Below are positions 40,409-48,955 of a DNA stretch of 64,000 nucleotides, in pieces. The notes below the pieces were generated by a model. That model did not search any database and was not told where the DNA came from. It saw only the letters and a program-made list of their open reading frames with translations. The DNA lies in contig JBJMPK010000122.1 of assembly GCA_045803245.1 (NCBI GenBank), forward strand, positions 438 through 64,437. The letters are read 5' to 3'. Position 1 is the first letter of the stretch. Each line of letters begins with the position of its first letter. This DNA is from Gemmatimonadales bacterium (GTDB lineage: Bacteria > Gemmatimonadota > Gemmatimonadetes > Gemmatimonadales > GWC2-71-9). The position numbers and the translations under genes were made by a program.

Positions 40409-41356
40409 ATGCGGCGCCTAGTCGCTGGTCTGATCCTGGGGACATCTCTCTTTGGTACTCCGACAGTTTCAGCCCAGACTGATCCCAGCGGTCCGCTCAT
40501 TGTCTTCAATGCGGGAAGCCTGGCGAAGCCGTTCGGCGAGCTATTAAAGGCGTTCAAGGTCAAACATCCTCGAGTCGTCCCGGCACAGGAGAACTCCGGC
40601 AGCCTCGAGGCGGCCCGGAAGCTGACCGACCTGGGAAAGATTCCGGACGTGATCGGGGTGGCAGACTACGGGGTGATCTCACGGCTCCTGATTCCGCAGT
40701 ACGCGAGCTGGTACGCGACGTTCGCCCGGAACGCGATGGTGCTCATCCACACCGACCAGTCTATCGGTGCCAAGGAGATCAACGGCCGAAACTGGTGGCA
40801 AATCCTGATGCGACCGGATGTGCGCGCGGGTCACTCCGATCCGGCCCTCGATCCGAATGGATACCGCACGCTGATGGTGTTCCAACTGGCCGAGAAGTTC
40901 TACCATCAGCCAGGGCTGGCAACTCGGCTGGAGCGGGTGTTTCCGCCGAAATACATCCGGCCCAAGGAAGCCGACCTCACCGCGTTGGTGCAGGCGGGCG
41001 AGCTCGACTACTCCTGGTCGTACGCCTCCATCGCCAAAACAGCCGGCCTGCCGTTCGTGGAGCTGCCGCGCGAGATCGATCTCAGCGATCCCGCACTGGC
41101 CAAATGGTACGCTCAGGCGGTGGTACGGGTTCCGGGCGCGAGTCGATCGGGCAAGGACTCGGTCGAGTTTCGGGGCGAACCGATCGTCTACGCCCTGACC
41201 ATCCCCACAGCCGCTCCTCATCCGGAAACCGCAGCAGCATTTGTTCATTTCGTCTTCTCGGCGGAAGGCCTTTCCATCATTCGGGCCAACGGCCTCACTA
41301 TCCTCGAGCGGCCGCTGCTGGCGGGCCCGGGAAAGCCGCCGGCCGGTTTGTTCTGA
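40409..41356 (+). CDS. WtpA-like tungstate/molybdate-class periplasmic binding protein
   Basis: GGAGGAG upstream, and a signal peptide. Resembles the WtpA family (LIVFNAGSLAKPFGELLKAF, GKIPDVIGVADYGVI, YASWYATFARNAMVLIHTD). Confidence 0.75.
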   Translation: MRRLVAGLILGTSLFGTPTVSAQTDPSGPLIVFNAGSLAKPFGELLKAFKVKHPRVVPAQENSGSLEAARKLTDLGKIPDVIGVADYGVISRLLIPQYASWYATFARNAMVLIHTDQSIGAKEINGRNWWQILMRPDVRAGHSDPALDPNGYRTLMVFQLAEKFYHQPGLATRLERVFPPKYIRPKEADLTALVQAGELDYSWSYASIAKTAGLPFVELPREIDLSDPALAKWYAQAVVRVPGASRSGKDSVEFRGEPIVYALTIPTAAPHPETAAAFVHFVFSAEGLSIIRANGLTILERPLLAGPGKPPAGLF

Positions 41357-41391
41357 TTATCTTCACCGGATCTTCGGCTTCCGGTGGAGTA

Positions 41392-43020
41392 ATGAGCGGT
41401 ATCCCCAACATCCCAACGCCTCGAAACGAGCCGGTGCTGAGTTATGCCCCGGGAACCCAGGAGCGAGCCGCCCTCAAAGCGGCGCTCGCCGGGGTGGGGG
41501 CACATCAAGCGGAGATCCCGGCAGTGGTCGGCGGGCGCGAGGTCCGCACCGGGGTCACCCACGATGTCGTTTCTCCCCACTGCCACCGGCGGGTGCTGGC
41601 CAAGGTCCACCAGGCTGACCGCGACACCATTGTGGCATCGGTCAAAGCCGCCACCGAGGCCCAGCGGGAGTGGGGAAGCTGGCGTTTCGAGGACCGGGCG
41701 GCGGTCTTCCTCAAGGCGGCCGAGCTGCTGGCGACGACTCACCGGCAGTTGCTGAATGCGGCCACCATGCTGGGCCAAAGCAAGACGGCGTATCAGGCCG
41801 AGATCGACAGTGCCTGCGAGCTGATCGACTTCCTGCGGTTCAACGTCCACTATGCGGAGCGGATCTACCGGGAGCAGCCAGAGTCGTCGCCGGGGGTATG
41901 GAATCGCATGGATCAGCGCCCGCTCGAGGGGTTCGTCTACGCCATAACCCCATTCAACTTCACCGCCATCGGCGGCAACCTCCCGACCGCTCCAGCCCTG
42001 ATGGGCAACGCAGTAATCTGGAAGCCGTCAGCGACAGCCATGCTCAGCAACTGGCACTTCTTCAAGCTGCTGGAGCAGGCTGGTTTGCCACCAGGAGTCA
42101 TCAACTTCCTTCCCGGTAATTCGATCGAGGTCAGCGAGACCCTGCTGGCCGACAGGCAGCTCGCCGGAATTCACTTCACGGGCTCGACGCCGGTCTTTCA
42201 AAGCCTGTGGAGATCGGTCGGGGAGAACCTCGAGCGATACGCTGGATATCCCCGGATAGTGGGAGAAACCGGAGGAAAGGACTTCATCCTGGCGCATCCC
42301 AGTGCCGACGTGGACGCGCTGGCGGTGGGGATCGTTCGGGGTGCGTACGAGTATCAGGGTCAGAAGTGCAGCGCGGCCTCGCGAGCCTATATCCCGGACG
42401 GGTTGTGGCCCGCGGTGCGTGACCGGGTCGTGGGGATGATTCAAGAGATTCAGGTGGGCGATGTGGCGGACTTTCGGAACTTCATGGGAGCGGTGATCGA
42501 CCGCCGGGCGTTTACCCGGCTCCGCGATCACCTGGAGGCCGCCAAGCAGGATTCCGGAGTCAAGATACTCGCGGGGGGCGGCACCGACGATTCGGTCGGC
42601 TATTTCGTGCAACCGACGCTGCTTCAGGTGGAGGATCCTGCCTACCGGCTGATGTGCGAGGAGCTGTTCGGGCCGGTGCTGACCGTGTATGTGTATCCGG
42701 CGGCTCGCTGGCAGGAAACCCTCACGCTGGTGGACCAGACCAGCCCGTATGCGCTCACTGGGGCGGTGTTCGCCCGCGACCGCCGGGCGGTTGCGGAGGC
42801 GGAACAGAAGCTCAGGCATGCCGCGGGTAACTTTTACATCAATGACAAGCCCACCGGTGCGGTGGTAGGACAACAGCCTTTCGGCGGCAGCCGTGCCAGC
42901 GGAACCAACGACAAGGCCGGTTCCATCTTCAATCTGATCCGCTGGGTATCCCCCCGCAGCATCAAGGAGACGTTGAGCCCCCCCAAGGACTACCGCTATC
43001 CATTCATGGAGGCGGAGTAG
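41392..43020 (+). CDS. pruA: L-glutamate gamma-semialdehyde (1-pyrroline-5-carboxylate) dehydrogenase
   Basis: ORF 40795..43020 trimmed to the ATG at 41392, with GGTGGAG upstream. Aldehyde dehydrogenase motifs (ETGGKDF, catalytic QGQKCSAASR). Confidence 0.9.
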   Translation: MSGIPNIPTPRNEPVLSYAPGTQERAALKAALAGVGAHQAEIPAVVGGREVRTGVTHDVVSPHCHRRVLAKVHQADRDTIVASVKAATEAQREWGSWRFEDRAAVFLKAAELLATTHRQLLNAATMLGQSKTAYQAEIDSACELIDFLRFNVHYAERIYREQPESSPGVWNRMDQRPLEGFVYAITPFNFTAIGGNLPTAPALMGNAVIWKPSATAMLSNWHFFKLLEQAGLPPGVINFLPGNSIEVSETLLADRQLAGIHFTGSTPVFQSLWRSVGENLERYAGYPRIVGETGGKDFILAHPSADVDALAVGIVRGAYEYQGQKCSAASRAYIPDGLWPAVRDRVVGMIQEIQVGDVADFRNFMGAVIDRRAFTRLRDHLEAAKQDSGVKILAGGGTDDSVGYFVQPTLLQVEDPAYRLMCEELFGPVLTVYVYPAARWQETLTLVDQTSPYALTGAVFARDRRAVAEAEQKLRHAAGNFYINDKPTGAVVGQQPFGGSRASGTNDKAGSIFNLIRWVSPRSIKETLSPPKDYRYPFMEAE

Positions 43021-43036
43021 GCCCCGGGAACTGTCG

Positions 43037-43858
43037 ATGTTCGGATTGAGAGAATGCGCGACGCTCGCCCTGTGGGGCCTGTTCGTTGGGGCTGGCCCTG
43101 CCGGTCGGGCGCAGTCGCCCGCCCTCCGATACACCTTCGGCCAACTCCACTGCGCTCGATTCCTGGAAACAGCTGAATCTACGATCGAGACGGAAACCGG
43201 CGGCTTGATCCGGGAGCAGACCTCAGGCCGCACGGCGGTGTGGCAGTTCCGGGCCGCTCCCTCAGTAGATGGGATCCGGCTCGAAGGCTGGCTCGACTCT
43301 CTCTCGCTCTGGCGAAAATCGAAGGAGACCACTATTCGCCCCGACACCGACGGCTTGATCGGGGGGCGGTATCGCGGGCTCCTGAGCGGCACGGGTGGGT
43401 ACCAAAGCCAAGCCAGGCCGTTCGTTCCCGATGAGGTGGCTGAAGTGGCGGGCATGGGTACCGCTCTGGATGACTTCTTCCCTCCGTTGCCGGTGGGTCC
43501 CATTCGTCCGGGGCAGGGCTGGAGCGACTCGTCCGGTGTCACCCTCCGGCGAATGGCAGATAGCGGTCTGGCAGGCGTCTCCCTCTACCGATACCGGCTC
43601 GAGGCCCACCGGGTGGCCAGGAGCGCTCCGGTCCGGGGAGATTCGGCTGCGCTTCCGCTCCGGCAGGTGAGCCGGGAGCTGGGCACGTTTGTCTGGCATC
43701 CGTCGTTGGGCCTGCTGCGGCGAGACCGCCGTATAGTGGTGGAGACGACGGTTCCGGCTGGCCGGACGGTGCGGCAGCCGGTGCGCGCCAGGATCGAGCA
43801 ACGGATCACGGTGCTCCGCGATCTCACCGTCCCGCCGCCGGACTCGGGAGGCTGCTAG
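43037..43858 (+). CDS. hypothetical secreted protein
   Basis: Signal-like N-terminus (ATLALWGLFVGAGPAGRAQS). No recognisable domain. Convergent with the ABC permease, with a 4-nt overlap. Confidence 0.5.
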   Translation: MFGLRECATLALWGLFVGAGPAGRAQSPALRYTFGQLHCARFLETAESTIETETGGLIREQTSGRTAVWQFRAAPSVDGIRLEGWLDSLSLWRKSKETTIRPDTDGLIGGRYRGLLSGTGGYQSQARPFVPDEVAEVAGMGTALDDFFPPLPVGPIRPGQGWSDSSGVTLRRMADSGLAGVSLYRYRLEAHRVARSAPVRGDSAALPLRQVSRELGTFVWHPSLGLLRRDRRIVVETTVPAGRTVRQPVRARIEQRITVLRDLTVPPPDSGGC

Positions 43859-44631
43859 GTGGCTGAGGGTTTGCGCCCGATGAAGCGCTGTTCCGGATCG
43901 AAGAGCGCGGCCGCCAGCCCGAATAGGGCCGCCGTTGCCGCCGCAAGGACCAGGATATCGAGTTGGACGGTGAATTCGGCCGGCTGCCCGAAGGCGTGGC
44001 GCATCAGGTCAACCTGATACGTCACCGGATTGATCCGGGCCAGGGATCGAAGCAGGTACGGCATGCCCGCGGTGGGATAGAGGGCCCCGCTCGCAAAGAG
44101 CAGCGGAAAGAGTACCACATTGATGACGCCGGCAAAATTCTCGACCGACCGCAGCCGGGCCGCGATCAAGAGTCCCAGCGTGCCGCTCGAGATGCAGCTG
44201 AGTGCCAGCGCACCGACGGCGGCTGCGAAATTCGGGAGAGATAGGGGGAGCACCAGGGGCGCACAGGCGAGGACGATGCCTCCTTGCAGCACACCGACCA
44301 GCGCCGCGGCCAACGCGCGTCCCAGCAACACTGCCGGCGCACCCGCCGGACTCGCCAGCATCAGCCGCAGCATGCCGAACTCGCGGTCGTAGACGGTCGA
44401 AATAGCCGTCAGCATCGACCCGAACAACGCCGCCATGACCACGATTCCGGGAAACACGAACGCCTGGTAGGAAAGATCTCCACTAATGCGGGCGATGGCA
44501 TTGTAGCCGGTGCCCACCAGCAGCAGCCACATGAACGGCCGCGCCACGCCGCCGAGGAGCCGGCTCGTCTGCCGGGTAGCCCTCGTCAGGTCTCTCGCCA
44601 CGATGCCGTATACCGCCGTCACCCCGCTCAT
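43855..44631 (-). CDS. ABC-2 type transporter permease
   Basis: 258 aa and about six TM segments, typical of ABC-2 (DrrB-like) permeases. ATGA overlap with the ATPase stop. Confidence 0.85.
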   Translation of the reverse strand: MSGVTAVYGIVARDLTRATRQTSRLLGGVARPFMWLLLVGTGYNAIARISGDLSYQAFVFPGIVVMAALFGSMLTAISTVYDREFGMLRLMLASPAGAPAVLLGRALAAALVGVLQGGIVLACAPLVLPLSLPNFAAAVGALALSCISSGTLGLLIAARLRSVENFAGVINVVLFPLLFASGALYPTAGMPYLLRSLARINPVTYQVDLMRHAFGQPAEFTVQLDILVLAAATAALFGLAAALFDPEQRFIGRKPSAT

Positions 44632-45554
44632 GCGGTCGGGATCTGCGTCTTGGCGAAGTAGACATCCTCGAGGGTGGGCCGACGAAGGGTGAAGCGCTCG
44701 ATTCCCGGGGCGGTACCCGCCAGCTCGACCACAGCATCGCGAGCACTACTCAGTCCCACCCGGTAGCCCCGCTCCGTCCGCACGCGAGTCCTGGCGACCC
44801 CCAGTCCGGCGAGTGCCTTGACCAGGCGCTCGGCGCCCGAGCCCTCGATCTCAGCCACCTCGACACCGATCGCGTTCTGCAGCTCGGATGGCGCGTCGTT
44901 CGCCACGACCTTTCCGCTCGACAGGAGCACAACGCGGTCGGCCGGCTCTGCTTCGGTGAGATAGTGGGTCGAGAAGAAAATGGTGGTCCCGTGCTCCCTC
45001 CGCCGGGTCTCCAGCAACGACCAAACCCGCTCCCGATGCTCGGGATCGAGTCCTACGGTCGGCTCATCGAGAATGAGAAGATCGGGCTGGTGGAGCAGGG
45101 CGCGGACGATGTCCAGAACCCGGCGCCATCCGCCTGAGAGCTGGCGTGCGGGAGTCCGGGCCCGGGGGCCGAGGCCCGACCAACCGAGCGCTCCGGCAAC
45201 AGCGGTTCTCGCGGTACTGCCTCCGAGCCCCATCAGACGGGCAGCAAAAAAAAGGTTCTCCGTTACCGTCAGAAGGCCGTCGATGGTGCTGTCCTGGAAC
45301 ACGAGCCCGAGTCTTTGCCGGACGGCCCGGCGCTGGCGGGTTACATCGTTGCCGAAGATGCGGGCCGATCCCCTGGTCGGGGCGAGGAGGGTAGCGAGCA
45401 GCAGCATAGTGGTGGTTTTGCCGGCCCCATTGGGACCCAGCAGGCCGACCATCGACCCGGGAGAGATCCGGAGATCGAGCGCGTCCAGGGCCCGGGTATC
45501 TCCGTAGTCACGTCCCAGCCGCTCGGCTTCGATGACGGGCGGCGTTCCGCTCAC
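44628..45554 (-). CDS. ABC transporter ATP-binding protein (DrrA-like)
   Basis: Walker A GPNGAGKTT, signature LSGGWRR, Walker B LLILDEPT. The GTG at 45554 forms a GTGA overlap with the pqqE stop. Confidence 0.9.
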   Translation of the reverse strand: MSGTPPVIEAERLGRDYGDTRALDALDLRISPGSMVGLLGPNGAGKTTTMLLLATLLAPTRGSARIFGNDVTRQRRAVRQRLGLVFQDSTIDGLLTVTENLFFAARLMGLGGSTARTAVAGALGWSGLGPRARTPARQLSGGWRRVLDIVRALLHQPDLLILDEPTVGLDPEHRERVWSLLETRRREHGTTIFFSTHYLTEAEPADRVVLLSSGKVVANDAPSELQNAIGVEVAEIEGSGAERLVKALAGLGVARTRVRTERGYRVGLSSARDAVVELAGTAPGIERFTLRRPTLEDVYFAKTQIPTA

Positions 45555-46645
45555 ACCGGAGCGGGCTCGCCTGCGATATGGCGGTACTGGTATTCGTGCA
45601 TGGGCCGGGACGGCTCCTGCAGCGCTTCATCGATGATTGCACGCAAGGGCGTGAGGGTGCAGACCGGGTCGGTATTGGTGGCGTCGCCGGTGAGCGCGAA
45701 AGCCTGGCACCTGCAGCCGCCGAAATCGACCGTCTTACGGGGACACGATCGACACGGCTCCTTCATCCAACCATCCCCCCGGAAGGCCCGGAAGGCCTCT
45801 GATTCCCGCCAGATCCATTCCAGTGAATGCTCTCGCACGTTGTCGAACCGCAGTGTCGTAATCTGGGTGGCGCCATGACAAGGGAGCACTGCGCCGTTGG
45901 GAGCGATAACCAGATAGAGCTTGCCCCATCCGCCATAACAGGCCTTGGGGTACGGCTCGTAGTAGTCTGGCAGGACGTAGGTGATCTGCATCCGTCCACG
46001 GTAGCGCTGAATGGCGCGCTCGGCGATTTCGCGCGACCGCTCGACCTGTTCCCGGGTGGGCTGGAGGCTGGCCCGGTTCTGGAGTCCCCACCCGTAGTAC
46101 TGGGTATTTGCCAGCTCGATGCGGTCGGCGCCCAGATCGGCTGCCATATCGATGATTTCACCGATCCGGTCCAGGTTCGCCCGGTGGAGCACGACATTGA
46201 TCGTGAACGCGAAGCCCAGCTCCCGTACCAGCGCCGCTGCCGCCTGTTTGTGCTTGACGGAGCGCAGCCCCGCGATGCGCTCCGCGATCTCGGGATCGGA
46301 GTCCTGAATCGAGATCTGAATGTGCTCCAGCCCCGCTTCCTTGAGGCGCTCGGCGCGGGGACGGGTCAGGCCGAGCCCCGACGTCACGAGGGTGGAGTAG
46401 AGACCCTGCCCGCGGGCGTGGGCCGCCAACTCCTCGAGGTCCTTGCGGAGCAGCGGCTCGCCACCTGAGAGACCCAGTTGCAGCACGCCGAGCTCCCGCG
46501 CCTGAGAGAATGCCCGTTTCCAGTCGTCGGTGGACAGCTCGGCCTCTGCCCGGATCAGCTCGAGCGGATTGGAGCAGTACGGGCAGTGAAGCGGACAGCG
46601 GTGTGTCAGCTCGGCCAGCAGTGTGGTCGGAATTTCAGTTGGCAC
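45551..46645 (-). CDS. pqqE: PQQ biosynthesis radical-SAM protein PqqE
   Basis: CPLHCPYCSNP radical-SAM cluster motif and a SPASM-type C-terminal Cys cluster. Overall PqqE pattern. Confidence 0.95.
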   Translation of the reverse strand: MPTEIPTTLLAELTHRCPLHCPYCSNPLELIRAEAELSTDDWKRAFSQARELGVLQLGLSGGEPLLRKDLEELAAHARGQGLYSTLVTSGLGLTRPRAERLKEAGLEHIQISIQDSDPEIAERIAGLRSVKHKQAAAALVRELGFAFTINVVLHRANLDRIGEIIDMAADLGADRIELANTQYYGWGLQNRASLQPTREQVERSREIAERAIQRYRGRMQITYVLPDYYEPYPKACYGGWGKLYLVIAPNGAVLPCHGATQITTLRFDNVREHSLEWIWRESEAFRAFRGDGWMKEPCRSCPRKTVDFGGCRCQAFALTGDATNTDPVCTLTPLRAIIDEALQEPSRPMHEYQYRHIAGEPAPV

Positions 46646-46925
46646 GGACCAGCTCGCGATCTGCCATTCGGCTCAGGTACTCGGTGACGTCGGTGCTGAC
46701 ATCCGCCTGGTAGCGATCGGTCAGGATGGTGACGATCTGCCCCACCGTGTGAGTTCCATTACAAAGCTCCAGGATGGCGGCTCCCGTCTCATTCAAGAGC
46801 ACCGCGCCCTCGGGATATAGAAGGACAGGCCGTTGCCTCACGGTATCGTAGTCGAGGCGAGCCAGGCGCCAGAGCCGGGGAACCGAGTCGGGAGTCAGGA
46901 GTCGGGGGTCGGCAGCCACGGTCAC
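46635..46925 (-). CDS. pqqD: PQQ biosynthesis peptide chaperone PqqD
   Basis: C-terminal 96 aa of ORF 46635..47495 (LLYPEGAVLLNETGAAILELCNGTHTVGQIV). The GTG at 46925 forms a GTGA overlap with the pqqC stop. Confidence 0.85.
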   Translation of the reverse strand: MTVAADPRLLTPDSVPRLWRLARLDYDTVRQRPVLLYPEGAVLLNETGAAILELCNGTHTVGQIVTILTDRYQADVSTDVTEYLSRMADRELVRAN

Positions 46926-47683
46926 GATTCCCGGTAGGCGTTGTGAATCGTATCGATCATCACCCACAACATCTCGAGCTTGAACGCCAGTGCGTCGAAG
47001 GCGCGGCGTTGGGTCTCCACCGTGGTGCAATGCTGCTGCACCAAACGCAGGCCCTGCCGGCTGTCGCGCGGCGCCTGGATCAGCCGGGACTTGAAATAGT
47101 CGAGAGCCTCGGGCCTGATCCACGAATAATGCGCTGGAAAGGCGGCGATCCGCTTGCGCATGAGGTCGGGCGCGAAGAGCTCGGTGAGGGACGACGCCAC
47201 CGCTTCGATCCAGGGCCTGGTTTTGCAGAAGGTCACGTAGGCTTCTGCCGCAAACCGGACTCCGGGAAGCACGTGCCGCTCGTCCTCCATCTCCTCCCGG
47301 GGCACGCCGAGTGCTTCGCCCAGACGGATCCACAATTCGATGCCGCCGGGCGCGCCGTCTGCGTTTCCGGTGCCGTCGTGATCGATGATCCGCTGGATCC
47401 ACTCCCGCCGCACCTCCGGATCGGGACAGTTCGAGATGATGGCGGCGTCCTTGCGCGGGATTGCCCGCTGATAGGCCAACCGGTTCGCCACCCACCCCTG
47501 GAGCTGTCTGGGGCTCAGCCGTCCCTCGTGCATAAGCTGATGAAAAGGATGGTTGGCATAATACGAGGTGCTGAACGAGCGCAGGCCCTCGGCCAGCGCT
47601 TCCGGCCCCAGGGGCCGGTCGAGGACGGGGATCGGCGGCGGGGGCGGAGCGGCGAGCCCGGAAGCGAACAGTGTGGTAGTCAT
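46922..47683 (-). CDS. pqqC: pyrroloquinoline-quinone synthase PqqC
   Basis: ORF trimmed to the ATG at 47683 (MTTTLF). PqqC pattern (YYANHPFHQLMHEGRLSPRQLQGWVANR). Confidence 0.95.
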   Translation of the reverse strand: MTTTLFASGLAAPPPPPIPVLDRPLGPEALAEGLRSFSTSYYANHPFHQLMHEGRLSPRQLQGWVANRLAYQRAIPRKDAAIISNCPDPEVRREWIQRIIDHDGTGNADGAPGGIELWIRLGEALGVPREEMEDERHVLPGVRFAAEAYVTFCKTRPWIEAVASSLTELFAPDLMRKRIAAFPAHYSWIRPEALDYFKSRLIQAPRDSRQGLRLVQQHCTTVETQRRAFDALAFKLEMLWVMIDTIHNAYRES

Positions 47684-47684
47684 C

Positions 47685-48593
47685 TCAAACCATGAAAGAC
47701 ATGCCGTCGGCGCCGACCTGGAGTCCGGCCCGCTCGACCCTGGCACGCTCGGGCGAGTCTTCGAGCAGCATCGGATTGGTGTTGTTGATGTGGGTGTACA
47801 CTTTGCGTGGACGGCGCAGACGGGCCAGCTGGAGAAGACTTCCGCCGGCACCCGACACCGGCAGGTGATCCATATCCCGCGCGCTACGATCGCTGATCCC
47901 AAGCACGCGCAGCTCGTTGTCGCTCCAGAACGTGCCATCGAAGAGCAGCAGATCGCTCTCTCCCAAACGCTCGAGCAGGGAGGGGTCCAAATCGCCGCAG
48001 CCGGGAACGAACGCGCAAGATCCGCCGCTGGTCTCGTCGGACAGCATGAGGCCCGCGGTGTGGCCGACCTCAGCCTCAGGCGCAAAGCGCGGCGGGCCGG
48101 CGGGCACCCGGAAAGGCTGGACCGAGATGCCGCTCGGCTCACCGCCTTGGTATCGGAGCTGAATCCGTTCTTCCAACGGCATCTCGGTCACGGTGACCGC
48201 GGCGAACGCGCGGGTAACCGGAAGCAGCCGCGAGTCGTGCTCCAGGATGGATTGCACGGCTGGCGTGGAGTACAACTGAAGCTGCCGCGCCTCCCGGAGC
48301 AGGACAATTCCCAGAGTGTGATCCAGCTCGGCATCGGTGGTGACCACGCCCTCGACCGGCACGTGGCGGCATCCGGCCGGCATGATTCCGGGAAGGCAGG
48401 CGATCTGGCTGCGAATGTCGGGAGAGGCGTTCAGCAGGAACCAGCGAAGCCCATCGGCACTGACCGCGGCGGTGGATTGGCTACGGGAATGCGCCCGGCG
48501 CGGATCGGATCGCCCGGCGCGGCACGTGGGGCACCAACAGTTCCACTGCGGGAAGCCCCCTCCAGCCGCAGTACCGAGTAGCACGACGCGCAT
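47685..48593 (-). CDS. pqqB: PQQ biosynthesis protein PqqB (metallo-beta-lactamase fold)
   Basis: MRVVLLGTAAGGGFPQWNCWCPTC N-terminus and overall PqqB pattern. Confidence 0.95.
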   Translation of the reverse strand: MRVVLLGTAAGGGFPQWNCWCPTCRAGRSDPRRAHSRSQSTAAVSADGLRWFLLNASPDIRSQIACLPGIMPAGCRHVPVEGVVTTDAELDHTLGIVLLREARQLQLYSTPAVQSILEHDSRLLPVTRAFAAVTVTEMPLEERIQLRYQGGEPSGISVQPFRVPAGPPRFAPEAEVGHTAGLMLSDETSGGSCAFVPGCGDLDPSLLERLGESDLLLFDGTFWSDNELRVLGISDRSARDMDHLPVSGAGGSLLQLARLRRPRKVYTHINNTNPMLLEDSPERARVERAGLQVGADGMSFMV

Positions 48594-48605
48594 GTTGAAT
48601 AGCCG

Positions 48606-48629
48606 AAGGGCCCGCTTTCACGGGCCCTT
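48606..48629 (-). promoter_or_regulatory. stem-loop between pqqA and pqqB
   Basis: aagggcccg / cgggccctt form a 9-bp perfect stem with a 6-nt loop, located 14 nt after the pqqA stop. Only a weak U run follows. Confidence 0.55.
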
Positions 48630-48643
48630 GAACTCAGCTCCAG

Positions 48644-48718
48644 TTAGAGCGTCGCGACGTAGGCAGTGACTTCCATCGTGACGGCCACGACTTCAGCTTC
48701 GGGCTTGGTCCAGGACAT
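48644..48718 (-). CDS. pqqA: PQQ precursor peptide PqqA (24 aa, below ORF-track cutoff)
   Basis: Translated by hand: MSWTKPEAEVVAVTMEVTAYVATL. It has the conserved E-x3-Y cross-link pair (EVTAY) and the WxKP N-terminus. GGAG lies 8 nt upstream, and the ORF sits directly upstream of pqqB. Confidence 0.9.
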   Translation of the reverse strand: MSWTKPEAEVVAVTMEVTAYVATL

Positions 48719-48812
48719 GATGTACGCTCCAGTTCAGTGTAAGATCTGCGAGTGCTCCTGGGTCATTTAACCCAGCCGGGCCGTCGCGTCGACCCGATGA
48801 CACCGCTCGTAA

Positions 48813-48828
48813 AGCATCCGACGTGCCA
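48813..48828 (-). promoter_or_regulatory. sigma-54 (-24/-12) promoter upstream of pqqA
   Basis: The minus strand reads TGGCACGTCGGATGCT, against the consensus TGGCACG-N4-TTGCW. GG and GC have the correct 10-nt spacing. The element lies ~95 nt upstream of the pqqA ATG. An AT-rich IHF-like stretch (TTCAAATGTTTG) lies ~35 nt further upstream. Confidence 0.6.
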
Positions 48829-48955
48829 CGCGGCACCTCAGTACCAGCACAGAGCCCAAACATTTGAACACTATGTCTTTGGAGACCAGCGCCGAGCCAC
48901 AGCCCCTATTTTGAGAACCGGCCGGGACTGGGGCATCCCACCGAACTGGGTGTTC

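Noticed and set aside
42028-43542. 504-aa - strand ORF
   Set aside because: Antisense to pruA and the following secreted-protein gene. Low-complexity Arg/Pro-rich.
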